Assembly: GCA_965204755.1 (NCBI GenBank) | Contig: OZ242011.1 | Location: 3,360,001 to 3,424,000, forward strand | DNA: 64,000 bases | Source of the DNA: Candidatus Marinacidobacterium sp. | GTDB taxonomy: Bacteria; Acidobacteriota; Vicinamibacteria; Marinacidobacterales; Marinacidobacteraceae | Reading direction: 5' to 3' | Part shown: piece by piece, positions 1-9,548 of the stretch | How positions within the stretch are numbered: the first letter of the stretch is position 1 | How the letters are laid out: each line of letters opens with the position of its first letter | Program-made: the position numbers and the translations under genes | Notes under the pieces: generated by a model | Seen by the model: the letters and a program-made list of their open reading frames with translations, nothing else | Told to the model about the DNA's origin: nothing | Database searches by the model: none

Positions 1-166
1 CGCGCTCGTCCCGAGCCGGGATGATGGCCGCCGCCCGCAATCGCTTCCCCGTCGCCGCTTTCCGGCGGGAGAAAGTACAGGAAAACGCGGCGGGGGGCGC
101 GGCGAACGGCGGCGTCCGACTTCGGCCCGCCTTCGCCCGGCGGCCCGGCGGCCCCGTTCGCTTACG

Positions 167-1882
167 ATGCTTCCCGTGAATTCGCGCCGCCGTCCGCCGC
201 TCCCGGCCGCTTCCGCCCTCGCTGCCCTGTCGCTCGCCGGCCTGTCGCTCGCCGGCCTGTCGCTCGCCGGCCTGTCGCTCGCCGGCTGCGGGGCGCCGCC
301 GGACACCCGCCCGGCGCCGGCGGACTCCGGGGCGGTGGTGTTCCGCGGAGGGCAGGTCCTCGACGGCGCCGGGAACCCCTGGTTCCGCGCCGATGTGCTG
401 GTGTCCGGCGGCCGGATCGCGGCCGTCGGGGTCGTCCCCGAAGCCTCGCTGCCGCCGGGCGCCGAGACCGTGGACATCGCCGGGCTGACCGTGATGCCCG
501 GGTTCATCGACCCGCATTCGCACGCAGGGCGCGGCCTCGCCGATCCGGACCTCCGCGCCGCCGTCCCGTTGATCCGGCAGGGCATCACCACCGCCATGCT
601 GAACCCCGACGGCGGCGGCCCGGCGGACCTGGCCGCCCAGCGCGCCGAGTTGGAGGCCGGCGGGATCGGCGTCAACGCGGCGCTCATGATCGGCCACGGC
701 GCGGTTCGCCGGGCGGTCCTCGGCATGGAAGCGCGCCCGCCGACCGGGGAGGAACTCGAAGGGATGGCCGGACTGGTGCGCGCCGGTATGGACGCCGGCG
801 CGTTCGGCATGACCGGCGGGCTCTACTACGCGCCCGGCAGTTACGCCGAGAACGACGAAGTCGTCCGGCTCGCCGCGGAGATCGCCCCCTACGGCGCGTT
901 CGTGAGCCACATCCGCGACGAGAGCGACTACGGCATCGGCCTCGTCGCGGCGGTGGAGGAAGTCATCGAAGTCGCCGAGACCCACGACATCCGCGGCGTG
1001 GTGACCCACTTCAAGGCGCTCGGCCCCCCGGTGTGGGGGCTCAGCCGCGACGCGGTGGCGACGATCGAGGCGGCCCGCTCGCGCGGCGTCGAAGTCTTCG
1101 CGGACCAATACCCCTACGAGGCGTCCGGCACCTCCATCGTCGGCGCGCTGGTGCCGAGATGGGCGCTCGCCGGCGAGTTGATGCCGGGTATGCCGACCCC
1201 GCTCGAAGAGCGGCTGGCCGATCCCGAGTCGCGCTCCCGCCTCCGCTCCGAGATGCTGACCGCGCTCCGTCGGCGCGGCGGCGCGGAGACGCTGCTCCTC
1301 TCCCGCCACCTCGCCGACCCGTCGCTCGAGGGGCGGCGGCTGGACGACCTGGCGCGGGAATGGGGAATGGAACCGATAGACGCGGCGCTTCGGCTGCTCG
1401 ACGCGGGCGGCGCCGGCCTCGTGTCGTTCAACATGTCCGAAGACGACATCGCCCACATCATGCGCCAGGAATGGACGATGGGTTCTTCCGACGGCGGACT
1501 CGTCCCCGACGGCCAGGGGCGGCCGCATCCGCGGTTCTACGGCGCGTTTCCCCGCCGGATCGCGCGCTATGTCCGCGAGCGCGGCGTGCTCACCCTCGCG
1601 GAGGCGGTGCGGGGCATGACCGGCCTGCCGGCGACGGTCTTCCGGATGAACGACCGGGGCCGCATCGCTCCCGGCTTGGTCGCCGACCTGCTGGTGGTGG
1701 ATGTGGACGAGTTCCGCGACGCGGCGACCTACGAGAACCCGCACGCGCTCGCCGAGGGAATCGTCCATGCGCTGGTGGGCGGCGTGTTCGCGCTGCGCGA
1801 GGGCGAGCACACCGGCGCCCTCGCCGGCGAAGTCCTGACGCCGCACTGGCGGGCCGGCAGCGATGAAGGAGCGGCCCGGTGA
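167..1882 (+). CDS. N-acyl-D-amino-acid deacylase (D-aminoacylase), amidohydrolase superfamily, probable lipoprotein
   Basis: PGFIDPHSH metal motif, GLYYAPG, SHIRDES, SSDGG...PHPRFYGAFP, RGRIAPG..ADL; hydrophobic N-terminus ending LAGC (lipobox). The real start may be GTG at 176. Confidence 0.88.
   Translation: MLPVNSRRRPPLPAASALAALSLAGLSLAGLSLAGLSLAGCGAPPDTRPAPADSGAVVFRGGQVLDGAGNPWFRADVLVSGGRIAAVGVVPEASLPPGAETVDIAGLTVMPGFIDPHSHAGRGLADPDLRAAVPLIRQGITTAMLNPDGGGPADLAAQRAELEAGGIGVNAALMIGHGAVRRAVLGMEARPPTGEELEGMAGLVRAGMDAGAFGMTGGLYYAPGSYAENDEVVRLAAEIAPYGAFVSHIRDESDYGIGLVAAVEEVIEVAETHDIRGVVTHFKALGPPVWGLSRDAVATIEAARSRGVEVFADQYPYEASGTSIVGALVPRWALAGELMPGMPTPLEERLADPESRSRLRSEMLTALRRRGGAETLLLSRHLADPSLEGRRLDDLAREWGMEPIDAALRLLDAGGAGLVSFNMSEDDIAHIMRQEWTMGSSDGGLVPDGQGRPHPRFYGAFPRRIARYVRERGVLTLAEAVRGMTGLPATVFRMNDRGRIAPGLVADLLVVDVDEFRDAATYENPHALAEGIVHALVGGVFALREGEHTGALAGEVLTPHWRAGSDEGAAR
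226..285 (+). repeat. 15-bp in-frame tandem repeat CCTGTCGCTCGCCGG x4 (LSLAG units in the signal peptide)
   Basis: Four exact copies at 226, 241, 256 and 271. Confidence 0.95.
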
Positions 1883-3282
1883 CGGGGAAAGCGGGCGGCG
1901 ACGCGATCCGCGAGACGATCCTCGACACGGTAGGCGATACCCCGCTGGTCGCGCTGCGGCGCCTCGGCCAGGGGCTGCCGGGGCGCATCGCGGTCAAGAT
2001 GGAGACCGTCAACCCCGGCGGATCGGTCAAGGACCGCATCGCGATCGCCATCGTCGAAGACGCGGAGGAACGCGGCGACCTGCGCCCCGGCGGCACGATC
2101 ATCGAAGCCACTTCCGGGAATACGGGCATGGGCCTCGCGCTGGTCGCCGCGGTGAAGGGGTACCGGGCGGTCTTCGTCATGCCGGACAAGATGAGCGACG
2201 AGAAGATCCGCTCGCTGCGCGCCCTCGGCGCGGAAGTCGTGGTGACGCCGACCGCGGTGGAGCCGGAAGACCCGCGCAGTTACTACAGCGTGGCGCGCCG
2301 CTTGGTCGCGGAGACCGAAGGCGCCCTCTACGCGAACCAGTACCACAACCCGGTGAACCCGGAGACCCACTACCGCACCACGGGCCCCGAACTGTGGGGA
2401 CAGGTCGGCCCGGACATCCATACCCTGGTCTGCGGCCTCGGCACCGGCGGAACGGTTACCGGAACGGGCCGGTACCTCAAGGAGCGGAACCCGGCCGTCC
2501 GCGTCGTCGGCGCCGACCCGGTGGGTTCGCTCTACGAGGAGTACTTCCGCACCGGGAACATCGGCGAAGCCCGCACTTACAAGGTGGAGGGAATCGGCGA
2601 GGACTTCATTCCCACCACGATCGACTTCGCCGTGGTGGACGAAGTGGTCTCGGTCACCGACCGCGACTCCTTCCTGACCACCCGGCGCCTGGCGCGGGAA
2701 GAGGGCCTGTTCGTCGGCGGCTCCGCCGGGACCGCGGTCGCGGCCGCGCTCCGGGTCGCGGCGTCCGTGCCCGCCGGCGCCCTGGTGGTCGTCCTCGCCC
2801 CCGACGGCGGCGGGCGGTACCTCTCCAAGATCTTCAGCGACGACTGGATGCGCCAGAACGGCTTCCTGGACGCCGGCTTCGCCGCCGGACAGGTCGGGGA
2901 TGTGCTGGCCGCGAAGGGCGCGGCGGAAATCGTGAGCGTCCCCGAATCCGCCGGAATCCGCGAAGTGGTGGCGCTCATGCGCGAACACGATGTCTCGCAG
3001 TTGCCGGTGCGGGGCGCCGACGGCGGCTTCTCCGGCGTCGTCTCCGAAGCGACCCTGCTCCAGGGCCTCCTCGCCGGCGGCCCCGGCAAGAGCGAAGCCA
3101 TCGGCGCCTTCGTCCGGACCGACGCCATCGAATCCCTGGACACCGCGAGCCCGCTCGAATCCCTCGCCCAGATCTTCACCCGCGGCCGCATCGCCCTCGT
3201 AACCGACCGCGACGCCCCCATCGGCCTGCTCACCCAGATCGACCTCCTCGACTACCTCTCCCGCGAAACCGCCCCGCGCTGA
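1879..3282 (+). CDS. Cystathionine beta-synthase (PLP) with C-terminal CBS domains
   Basis: NPGGSVKDR PLP-lysine motif, EATSGNTG, GLGTGGT, YKVEGIGED; C-terminal CBS pair (VSQLPV...GLLTQIDLL); GTGA overlap with the upstream gene. Confidence 0.92.
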   Translation: MTGKAGGDAIRETILDTVGDTPLVALRRLGQGLPGRIAVKMETVNPGGSVKDRIAIAIVEDAEERGDLRPGGTIIEATSGNTGMGLALVAAVKGYRAVFVMPDKMSDEKIRSLRALGAEVVVTPTAVEPEDPRSYYSVARRLVAETEGALYANQYHNPVNPETHYRTTGPELWGQVGPDIHTLVCGLGTGGTVTGTGRYLKERNPAVRVVGADPVGSLYEEYFRTGNIGEARTYKVEGIGEDFIPTTIDFAVVDEVVSVTDRDSFLTTRRLAREEGLFVGGSAGTAVAAALRVAASVPAGALVVVLAPDGGGRYLSKIFSDDWMRQNGFLDAGFAAGQVGDVLAAKGAAEIVSVPESAGIREVVALMREHDVSQLPVRGADGGFSGVVSEATLLQGLLAGGPGKSEAIGAFVRTDAIESLDTASPLESLAQIFTRGRIALVTDRDAPIGLLTQIDLLDYLSRETAPR

Positions 3283-3335
3283 CCGATGACCCGCGCGCCC
3301 TGCGCCGCCTCGCGCACCGGCGGGGAGGCCGCCGC

Positions 3336-4547
3336 GTGAACTCCGTTTCCGACGGCGCGCCGTTCCTGCGCCGGATCCGCCTCGGCGGCCTGCTCTCGTT
3401 CGCTCCCGACAGCCCGCCTTTCGAACTCGGGAGACTGAATGTCCTCATCGGCCCGAACGCCTCGGGCAAGTCGAACTTTCTGGAAGCCGTGGAACTCCTG
3501 AAGGCTCTGCCCGACGACTTCGCCAAGGCGGTGCGTCTCGGCGGCGGCGCCTCCGAGTGGCTGTGGAAGGGGCCCGGCGGCGGAGGCCCCGCGGAACTCG
3601 ACGCCGTCGTCGGCCCCGTTACCGGGACCGACCAACTGCTGAGGTATCGACTCGACTTCGTGGCCGACGGGCGGGGGCGTGTCGAGGTCTTCGACGAGGC
3701 CATCGAGGCGCCGGAACCGGAGCCCGGGGAGACCGATCCGTACTTCTACTACCGCTTCCAGCGCGGTCATCCGGCGCTGAATGTCAGCGAGACCGCCGAG
3801 GGCTCGGGTCGGCGGCAGCGGCGCCTTCGGCGGGAAGATCTCCAACCGGACCAGTCGGTGCTTACCCGGCGTCGAGACCCGGACACTTATCCGGAGTTGA
3901 CCTGGCTCGCGGGACAGTTCCGGACCATCCAGAGTTTCCGGGAGTGGTCGTTCGGACGAACCGCCCGGATGCGGACGGCCCGGCGGGCGGACCTCCCGAG
4001 TGACCGGTTGACCCCCGACGCCGAGAACCTGGCGCTCATGGTCGAACAACTCGACCACCACGACCCGGCGCGGCTGAACGACCTGGTGAAGCAGTTCTTC
4101 CCTCGTTTCGAGCGGATCTCCACCGAGGTTTCCGGGGGCCGGGTCGAGTGCTTCTTCCACGAGGCCGACCTGTCTTCTCCGGTACCTGCCACGCGGATGT
4201 CGGACGGCGCGATTCGTTTCGTGGCCGTGCTCGCCTGCCTGCTCGCGCCGTCGCCGCCGACGGTCCTCTGTCTCGAGGCGCCGGAACTCGGCCTCCACCC
4301 GGACACGGCCGCGATGTTCGCCGACTTGTTGGTCGAGGCTTCCGAGCGAATGCAGATCATCGCCACCACGCATTCGGACGCGCTCGTGGGCGCGCTGTCC
4401 GGCGAGGCGGACTCCGTCGTCGTCTGCGAGCGCCCGCAAGAAGGCACGATCCTGCGCCGCCTCGACGCCGCGGAAGTGTCGGAACGGATGGACGAGAACA
4501 CCTTGGGAGACCTTTGGCGCATCGGCGCGCTGGGAGGCAACCAGTGA
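3336..4547 (+). CDS. ABC-type AAA_21 ATPase (defence/Abi-associated type), degenerate Walker B
   Basis: GTG at 3336 after GGGGAGG; Walker A GPNASGKS, signature MSDGA, LCLEAPELGLHP, ATTH; C-terminal LGDLWRIGALGG typical of ATPases paired with DUF4276. Confidence 0.82.
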   Translation: MNSVSDGAPFLRRIRLGGLLSFAPDSPPFELGRLNVLIGPNASGKSNFLEAVELLKALPDDFAKAVRLGGGASEWLWKGPGGGGPAELDAVVGPVTGTDQLLRYRLDFVADGRGRVEVFDEAIEAPEPEPGETDPYFYYRFQRGHPALNVSETAEGSGRRQRRLRREDLQPDQSVLTRRRDPDTYPELTWLAGQFRTIQSFREWSFGRTARMRTARRADLPSDRLTPDAENLALMVEQLDHHDPARLNDLVKQFFPRFERISTEVSGGRVECFFHEADLSSPVPATRMSDGAIRFVAVLACLLAPSPPTVLCLEAPELGLHPDTAAMFADLLVEASERMQIIATTHSDALVGALSGEADSVVVCERPQEGTILRRLDAAEVSERMDENTLGDLWRIGALGGNQ

Positions 4548-4581
4548 AGCGGCTGTCGGACCCGGAGCAGCCCGATCGGGT

Positions 4582-5421
4582 GGCTCCGAACTGCAGGAAC
4601 CACTGAGCGCCTTCGGGCTCACCGAACAACAGGTCGTTCCCTCGGCGCGGATCGGACACCTCGACTACGGCGCGATCCGCTTCTTTCGCCGCAGGCAGGG
4701 AATGGACGCGGACACGGAGATGCAGCCGGCGACCGACGAGGATCTGCGCGCCGGGGGTATCGCCGACGACTTCGACGGGGAACTGCGCCCGACGCTCTAC
4801 GGACTCATGCTCTTCGGGAAAGACCCCCAAGCGTATCCCCGCATGCGGAGCCTCTTCGTCCAGTGCGCGGCGTACGACGGAAGGGACCGGGCGGCGGAAG
4901 TCCTGAGCGCCGGGGAGGCGACCGGCGGACTCCCCGACCAGGTGCAGCGGGCGATGGGATGGTTTCGCAGTCTGGGACGGCGGGAGGTGTACCGCGGGTT
5001 CCGCCGCGAGGACATACCGCCCGTTCCGGAAGAGGCCCTGCGGGAGGCGCTGGTGAACGCCGTGATCCACCGGGAGTACGCGATCACCGGCTCGCAGGTT
5101 CTCCTCGAGGTCTTCTCCGACCGGATCACCGTAACCAGCCCCGGCGCGCTGCCGAACCACATGACCGTCGAACGAGTGCGTTCCGGCGGAATGCCGAGGC
5201 CGCGGAACGAGGCGATGGCCCACGCGATGGTCGTCCTCGGCTTCATGGAGCGGCGCGGACGGGGTTGGCTCCGGATGCGCCACGCCATGCGGCGCTTCAA
5301 CGGCACGGAGCCGGAACTGCTGAACGACGGTGACGCCGGGTTCGTACGCGTGGTGTTCGACACGACGCCGGCGCCGTTCGGTTTGCGGGAGAGCGAGACC
5401 CCCGCGGAGACGAGCGCTTGA
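4582..5421 (+). pseudogene. 5'-truncated AlbA_2/RecG C-terminal (HATPase_c_4) family gene
   Basis: ALREALVNAVIHREY, EVFSDRITVTSPGALP, RNEAMA, MERRGRG motifs. The frame upstream of ATG 4702 reads GSELQEPLSAFGLTEQQVVP (homologous-looking) with no start codon; the N-terminal AlbA domain is missing. Confidence 0.65.
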
Positions 5422-5741
5422 CCGGAGGCGCCGCCTCGGGGCGGCGGAGTGCGCCGAATTCGCCCAGGCTCGTGGCGGCGAAACATCTCCGTGAGTACCG
5501 GATCGAAGTGCGCTTCGACGACGGCAAGGGCGGTGTGATCGATTTGGAGGGAGAATTGTGGGGAGAGGTCTTTGAACCGCTGAAGGATCTTGCGCTGTTC
5601 CGCCGGTTTCGGTTCGACGAGGAACTGGAGACGATCGTGTGGCCTACCGGAGCCGACCTCGCCCCCGAGTTCCTCTACGAACACGCGTTGTCCGCCGACG
5701 ATTCGCCGGCAGGGGGCGCGCGCGGCGACAGCCGGGAGTAG
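5418..5741 (+). CDS. DUF2442 family protein (putative antitoxin); start uncertain
   Basis: YRIEVRFDDG...GEVFEPLKD...F...TIVWPTGADLAPEFLY pattern. Confidence 0.8.
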   Translation: MTGGAASGRRSAPNSPRLVAAKHLREYRIEVRFDDGKGGVIDLEGELWGEVFEPLKDLALFRRFRFDEELETIVWPTGADLAPEFLYEHALSADDSPAGGARGDSRE

Positions 5742-5759
5742 CGGTCCCGAAACCCCTGC

Positions 5760-7394
5760 CTACATCCGGCGCCAGCGGGGGCCGGCGCCGCCTTCGCGGG
5801 GGGTCCAGCGGGGGCCGAGGACATCGGCGGCGCGGCAGTCCACGCAGTTGGACTGGTTGACGACCAAACCGTCTTCGCGCGCCTCATAGACCCCGGCGGG
5901 GCAAAGCCGCTCCCAGAGTGAGGCGGCTTCCGGCGGCACCTCCTCCGGAACGACCAGGTGCGGCGGGTGGTCGTCGCGCGTGTTGTTGCCGGAGAGGAAG
6001 ACGCCGTCCAACTTGGAAAACGACGGGGCCTCGACGCTTCCGGTCTCCGGGGGCGAACGCAGCGTCTCCGCGTCGTCATGCACAGCGAGCGTTCCCGTCG
6101 GCAGCGCCCCGCGCGTCGCCGTGGCGAGCGCGGAGACCGCCACGCCGGTCCAAAACCCCCGCTGGAACGCCGGGCGCATGTTGCGCGTACGCCGCAGGTC
6201 GGCCAGCACCGAACTGTCGGCGAGCGCGGCGTCGTACATCGAAAGCGGCACCCCCGCCTTCAGGTGCGCATCCGCCGCATCCGCCGCGAGGATCCCGGAG
6301 AGCATCGCGTAGTGGATTCCCTTGAGCGAAGGCACATCCACGAACCCGGCGGTATCGCCCACCAGCACCAAACCTTCGCCGGACAGCCGCTCCGGCAGCG
6401 AACCGGGCCCGCCTTCGGGAATGAGCCGCGCCCCCCACTCCAGGCACTCCCCGCCTTCCAGGTGCGGCGCGATCAGCGGGTGCGCCTTCAACCGCTGCAA
6501 CTGTCCGTGGGCGTCGAGCGCCTCGGTCGGGGCGTCCAAACCCACGACCAGCCCGAGCGCCGACAACCCTTCGCCCAGCGGGTAGAAGAACCCGCCGCCG
6601 AACGCCGCCCTCGGCAGCGGATACCCGACGGTATGGAGCACGCGCGCAACCGGCCGGGGCGACCGCCAGAGTTCCTTGACTCCCAGCGCGAAGACTTGGG
6701 GAGACCGGGAACCGATGCCCAGCCGCTCGCGCCACGCCTGGCCGAGCGGCCCCCGCGCCCCTTCGGCGAGCACCACCACGCGCGCCGCCACTTCGGTCGC
6801 CGGTTCGTAGCCCGGCCCCGGACTCCCGTCGCGCCGCGCCCCCGCCGGAACCGTGCGCAGGCCGACCACCCGGCCGCCGTCGAAGAGCAGCGCGCCCACG
6901 GAGAACCCGGCGAAGACCTCCACGCCCAGTTCCTCCGCGCGCTGCGCCAGCCACCGGGCGATCTCCGAGAGCGAGGCGGTGAAGCAGCCGCCGTTCCGCA
7001 TCGTCGGGGGCGTCGGCAGCCGGAACGACCGGTTCCGGGTCAGGAAGCGGACGCTCTCCGCAGTCACCGGCTGCCGCACCGGCAACTCCGAGTCCCCGAT
7101 GCCGGGGAACAACTCGCGGAAGCCGACCGGGTTCACCACCGCCCCGGAAAGACAGGCCGCTCCCGGCTCGACCGCCTTTTCGAACACCCCGACCGAGACC
7201 TCGCGGCCGGAGGCCTTCGCCGCCTGCGCCAGCCGGATCGCCGCCGCCAGCCCCGCCGGGCCGCCGCCCACCACCGCTACATCGAGCGGAACCGCGTCCG
7301 CCCCCGGCGCCCCTTCGGAGACCAGCCGGTCGAGCGGCAGCGGCGGGCGGTGGGCGGCGAGCCGGACGCCGCCCTCCCGGCGCCGCCCGTTCAC
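5760..7394 (-). CDS. Electron transfer flavoprotein-ubiquinone oxidoreductase (ETF-QO/FixC-like) with C-terminal Fe-S domain
   Basis: VVGGGPAGLAAA FAD motif, CLSGAV, GVKELW, IPEGG, KGIHYAMLSG, CPAGVYE, NCVDC, WTPREGGAGP; GTG at 7394 overlaps the upstream stop. Confidence 0.88.
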   Translation of the reverse strand: MNGRRREGGVRLAAHRPPLPLDRLVSEGAPGADAVPLDVAVVGGGPAGLAAAIRLAQAAKASGREVSVGVFEKAVEPGAACLSGAVVNPVGFRELFPGIGDSELPVRQPVTAESVRFLTRNRSFRLPTPPTMRNGGCFTASLSEIARWLAQRAEELGVEVFAGFSVGALLFDGGRVVGLRTVPAGARRDGSPGPGYEPATEVAARVVVLAEGARGPLGQAWRERLGIGSRSPQVFALGVKELWRSPRPVARVLHTVGYPLPRAAFGGGFFYPLGEGLSALGLVVGLDAPTEALDAHGQLQRLKAHPLIAPHLEGGECLEWGARLIPEGGPGSLPERLSGEGLVLVGDTAGFVDVPSLKGIHYAMLSGILAADAADAHLKAGVPLSMYDAALADSSVLADLRRTRNMRPAFQRGFWTGVAVSALATATRGALPTGTLAVHDDAETLRSPPETGSVEAPSFSKLDGVFLSGNNTRDDHPPHLVVPEEVPPEAASLWERLCPAGVYEAREDGLVVNQSNCVDCRAADVLGPRWTPREGGAGPRWRRM

Positions 7395-9409
7395 GCCCCG
7401 AACCGCTCCGGATCCCAGCGGAGCCCCAACTCCGACGGCGGGCCGATGTAGCCGAGCAGCGCCGAAGCCGCCACCACCGCCGGGCTCGCCAAGTACCCCT
7501 CGCCGCCGCGCCCCATCCGGTTCGCCCAGTTGCGGTTGAAACTGGTGATGGCGCGCATCCCGGGCCGGAGCGCGTCCTCCCCCTGTCCGAAACAGGGGCC
7601 GCACCAACTGGCGCGGATTTCCCCGCCGACCGAACGCAGCACTTCCGCGATCGGCTCACCCCCGAGCCGGGCCTCCGGCCGCTCGATCCCCCGCCGGACG
7701 CCTCCCGAACCGGGGAAGATCACGAACTTCTCGCGCACCCGCTCCCGTCCGGCCTCCCGCGCCGCCCGGATCACCTGCGCCGCCGCCAGCAGGTCGCCGT
7801 AACTCCCGTTGGTGCACGAGCCGATGTAGGCGCGGTCGAAACCGATCCGCTCCGCGGCCACTTCGTCGGCCGGCCAGGCGTTCTCCGGCGCCGGCGGCTT
7901 GGCCACCAGCGGCGCCACTTCGCCGAGGTCGAAGCGGTCTTCGGCGGCGTAGGTCGCCGCGGCGCCCGGAACGACCGCGGGGTAGGGGAGGTCCTCCATC
8001 CCCCGCTCCCGGTACCAGGCCTCCGTGACCGGGTCGAACGGGAACAGCCCGTTCCAGGCCTCCGCCTCGGCCATCATGTTGGCGATCGTGTTGCGCCAGG
8101 TGACGGGCAGCGCGCCCCGCTCGTCGCGGAACTCGACCGACATCCCGGCGGCGGCCCCGTTCCACCGGGCGAGCAGCGCGAGGACCACATCCTTGCCGGA
8201 GCACCACGGCGGGAGCGAGCCGGTGAACGCCACCCGCCGCGCCGGCGCGGGCGTGAGCCAGACCCGCCCGGTGGCCCAGCCGAACCCGAGCGCGGTGGAG
8301 CCGACGCCCACCCCCAGCGCCCCGTAGGCGCCGTAAGCCCGGCTGTGGCTGTCCGCGCCGGGGACGACCGCGCCGGGCATCACCAGGCCCTGCTCCGGGA
8401 AGTAGAAGTGGAAGATGCCGTCGCCGGGGGCCGCGAACCAGGGCTTTTCCAGGCCCTCGGCGGCGGCGAAGGCCTCGCTGATCGCGGTCTGGCGGGCGTC
8501 CGCTTCGCGCCCGGTGAAGACGAAGTGGTCGCTGGCGATCGCCGCCTGGCGGGGGTGGATCGCGCCGCCGGTGATCTCCCGGAAGGCGTGGATGGCGAAG
8601 GGGGCAGTCCCGTCGGAAGCGGGGAGGAGATCCGCGGCCACGAGCACCGGTTCGCCCGGGGTGACCCGCGCCTTCGGGTCGGCGCGGTGGGCGTGGAGGA
8701 TCTGCTCCGCCGCGGTGAGCCGGCGCGCGACCGGCGGTTCCGGCCACTCGATCCGGACCTCTTCGTTCCACGAGGCGAGGAACTCCCGGCGGCCGGCGGC
8801 GAGGATCCCGCCTTCGCGGCGGAACCGCTCTTCCCGCTCGCCGAGCGGCTTCGGGGCGTAGCGGCGTCCGAGCGAAACATTCGTCAGCGCCCGCGAGTCG
8901 GGCTCGAAGGAGAAGCGGTGGCCGTCCTGCGCGTCGGCGACCGCCTCCGGGCATTCGAGCACCGCGAGTCCCAGGTTCAGGGCGTTGCGGCGGAAGATGT
9001 CGCCCACCTCCCGGCCGAGCACCAGCACCAGCGTGGTTCCGGCGTCCCGCGCCACGCCGAGGAGGCCGGCCGGGCTCATCTCCCGCGACGAGCCGATCCC
9101 GAAGCGGTCGCCGGCGACGAGGAAGTTCCGCCCGGCGCGAACCCGCTCGGCGAAGTCCGGCATCAGCCGGCGGAACGCGCCGAGTTTCCACCGGGCGTCG
9201 AGCGCGTCGAGGCTCTCCGAGACGCAGTCCTCGGAAGGGGTGATCTGGTCGGTGTCGATCGCGTTCCGCTTGCGGCCGGGATGCGCGGGGTCCCAGAAGA
9301 TGAGGGCTTCGCCCTCGACCGGCGCGGTCGAGAATCCGGCGCCCGCGCCCGGGTCGGCCGCGGGGGGCAGCGGCGCTTCGGGGTGGCGCCGGACGGGGGC
9401 GATGCGCAT
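7391..9409 (-). CDS. Aconitase-family hydratase: fused swivel (LeuD-like) N-terminal and LeuC-like C-terminal domains
   Basis: IDTDQITP and FGIGSSRE (swivel); DSHS, NMMAE, GSCTNG, CGPC, TSFNRNW..RMG, YLASPAVVAASA (large subunit). Confidence 0.85.
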   Translation of the reverse strand: MRIAPVRRHPEAPLPPAADPGAGAGFSTAPVEGEALIFWDPAHPGRKRNAIDTDQITPSEDCVSESLDALDARWKLGAFRRLMPDFAERVRAGRNFLVAGDRFGIGSSREMSPAGLLGVARDAGTTLVLVLGREVGDIFRRNALNLGLAVLECPEAVADAQDGHRFSFEPDSRALTNVSLGRRYAPKPLGEREERFRREGGILAAGRREFLASWNEEVRIEWPEPPVARRLTAAEQILHAHRADPKARVTPGEPVLVAADLLPASDGTAPFAIHAFREITGGAIHPRQAAIASDHFVFTGREADARQTAISEAFAAAEGLEKPWFAAPGDGIFHFYFPEQGLVMPGAVVPGADSHSRAYGAYGALGVGVGSTALGFGWATGRVWLTPAPARRVAFTGSLPPWCSGKDVVLALLARWNGAAAGMSVEFRDERGALPVTWRNTIANMMAEAEAWNGLFPFDPVTEAWYRERGMEDLPYPAVVPGAAATYAAEDRFDLGEVAPLVAKPPAPENAWPADEVAAERIGFDRAYIGSCTNGSYGDLLAAAQVIRAAREAGRERVREKFVIFPGSGGVRRGIERPEARLGGEPIAEVLRSVGGEIRASWCGPCFGQGEDALRPGMRAITSFNRNWANRMGRGGEGYLASPAVVAASALLGYIGPPSELGLRWDPERFGA

Positions 9410-9548
9410 CGGCGACCGAGTATAGAAGCGGATCCGGGGTTCGCCGCGCTCGCCGGCCGGGACGCTGCGCGGGGCCGGGGACGCCGCCCGCCGGGAGTCC
9501 GGGGGGCGGCCCGGACCGGGCGCCGCCCTCTACAATTCCGGGCGCGCC

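Noticed and set aside
1863-3335. N-terminal extension of the 894-aa ORF (and similar extensions on 8345..12151, 19557..22628, 22208..26551, 26534..29290, 34997..40573, 41238..43739, 50474..52930)
   Set aside because: Arg/Pro/Gly-rich off-frame readings overlapping real genes, expected when stop codons are rare in high-GC DNA; the real starts were reassigned.
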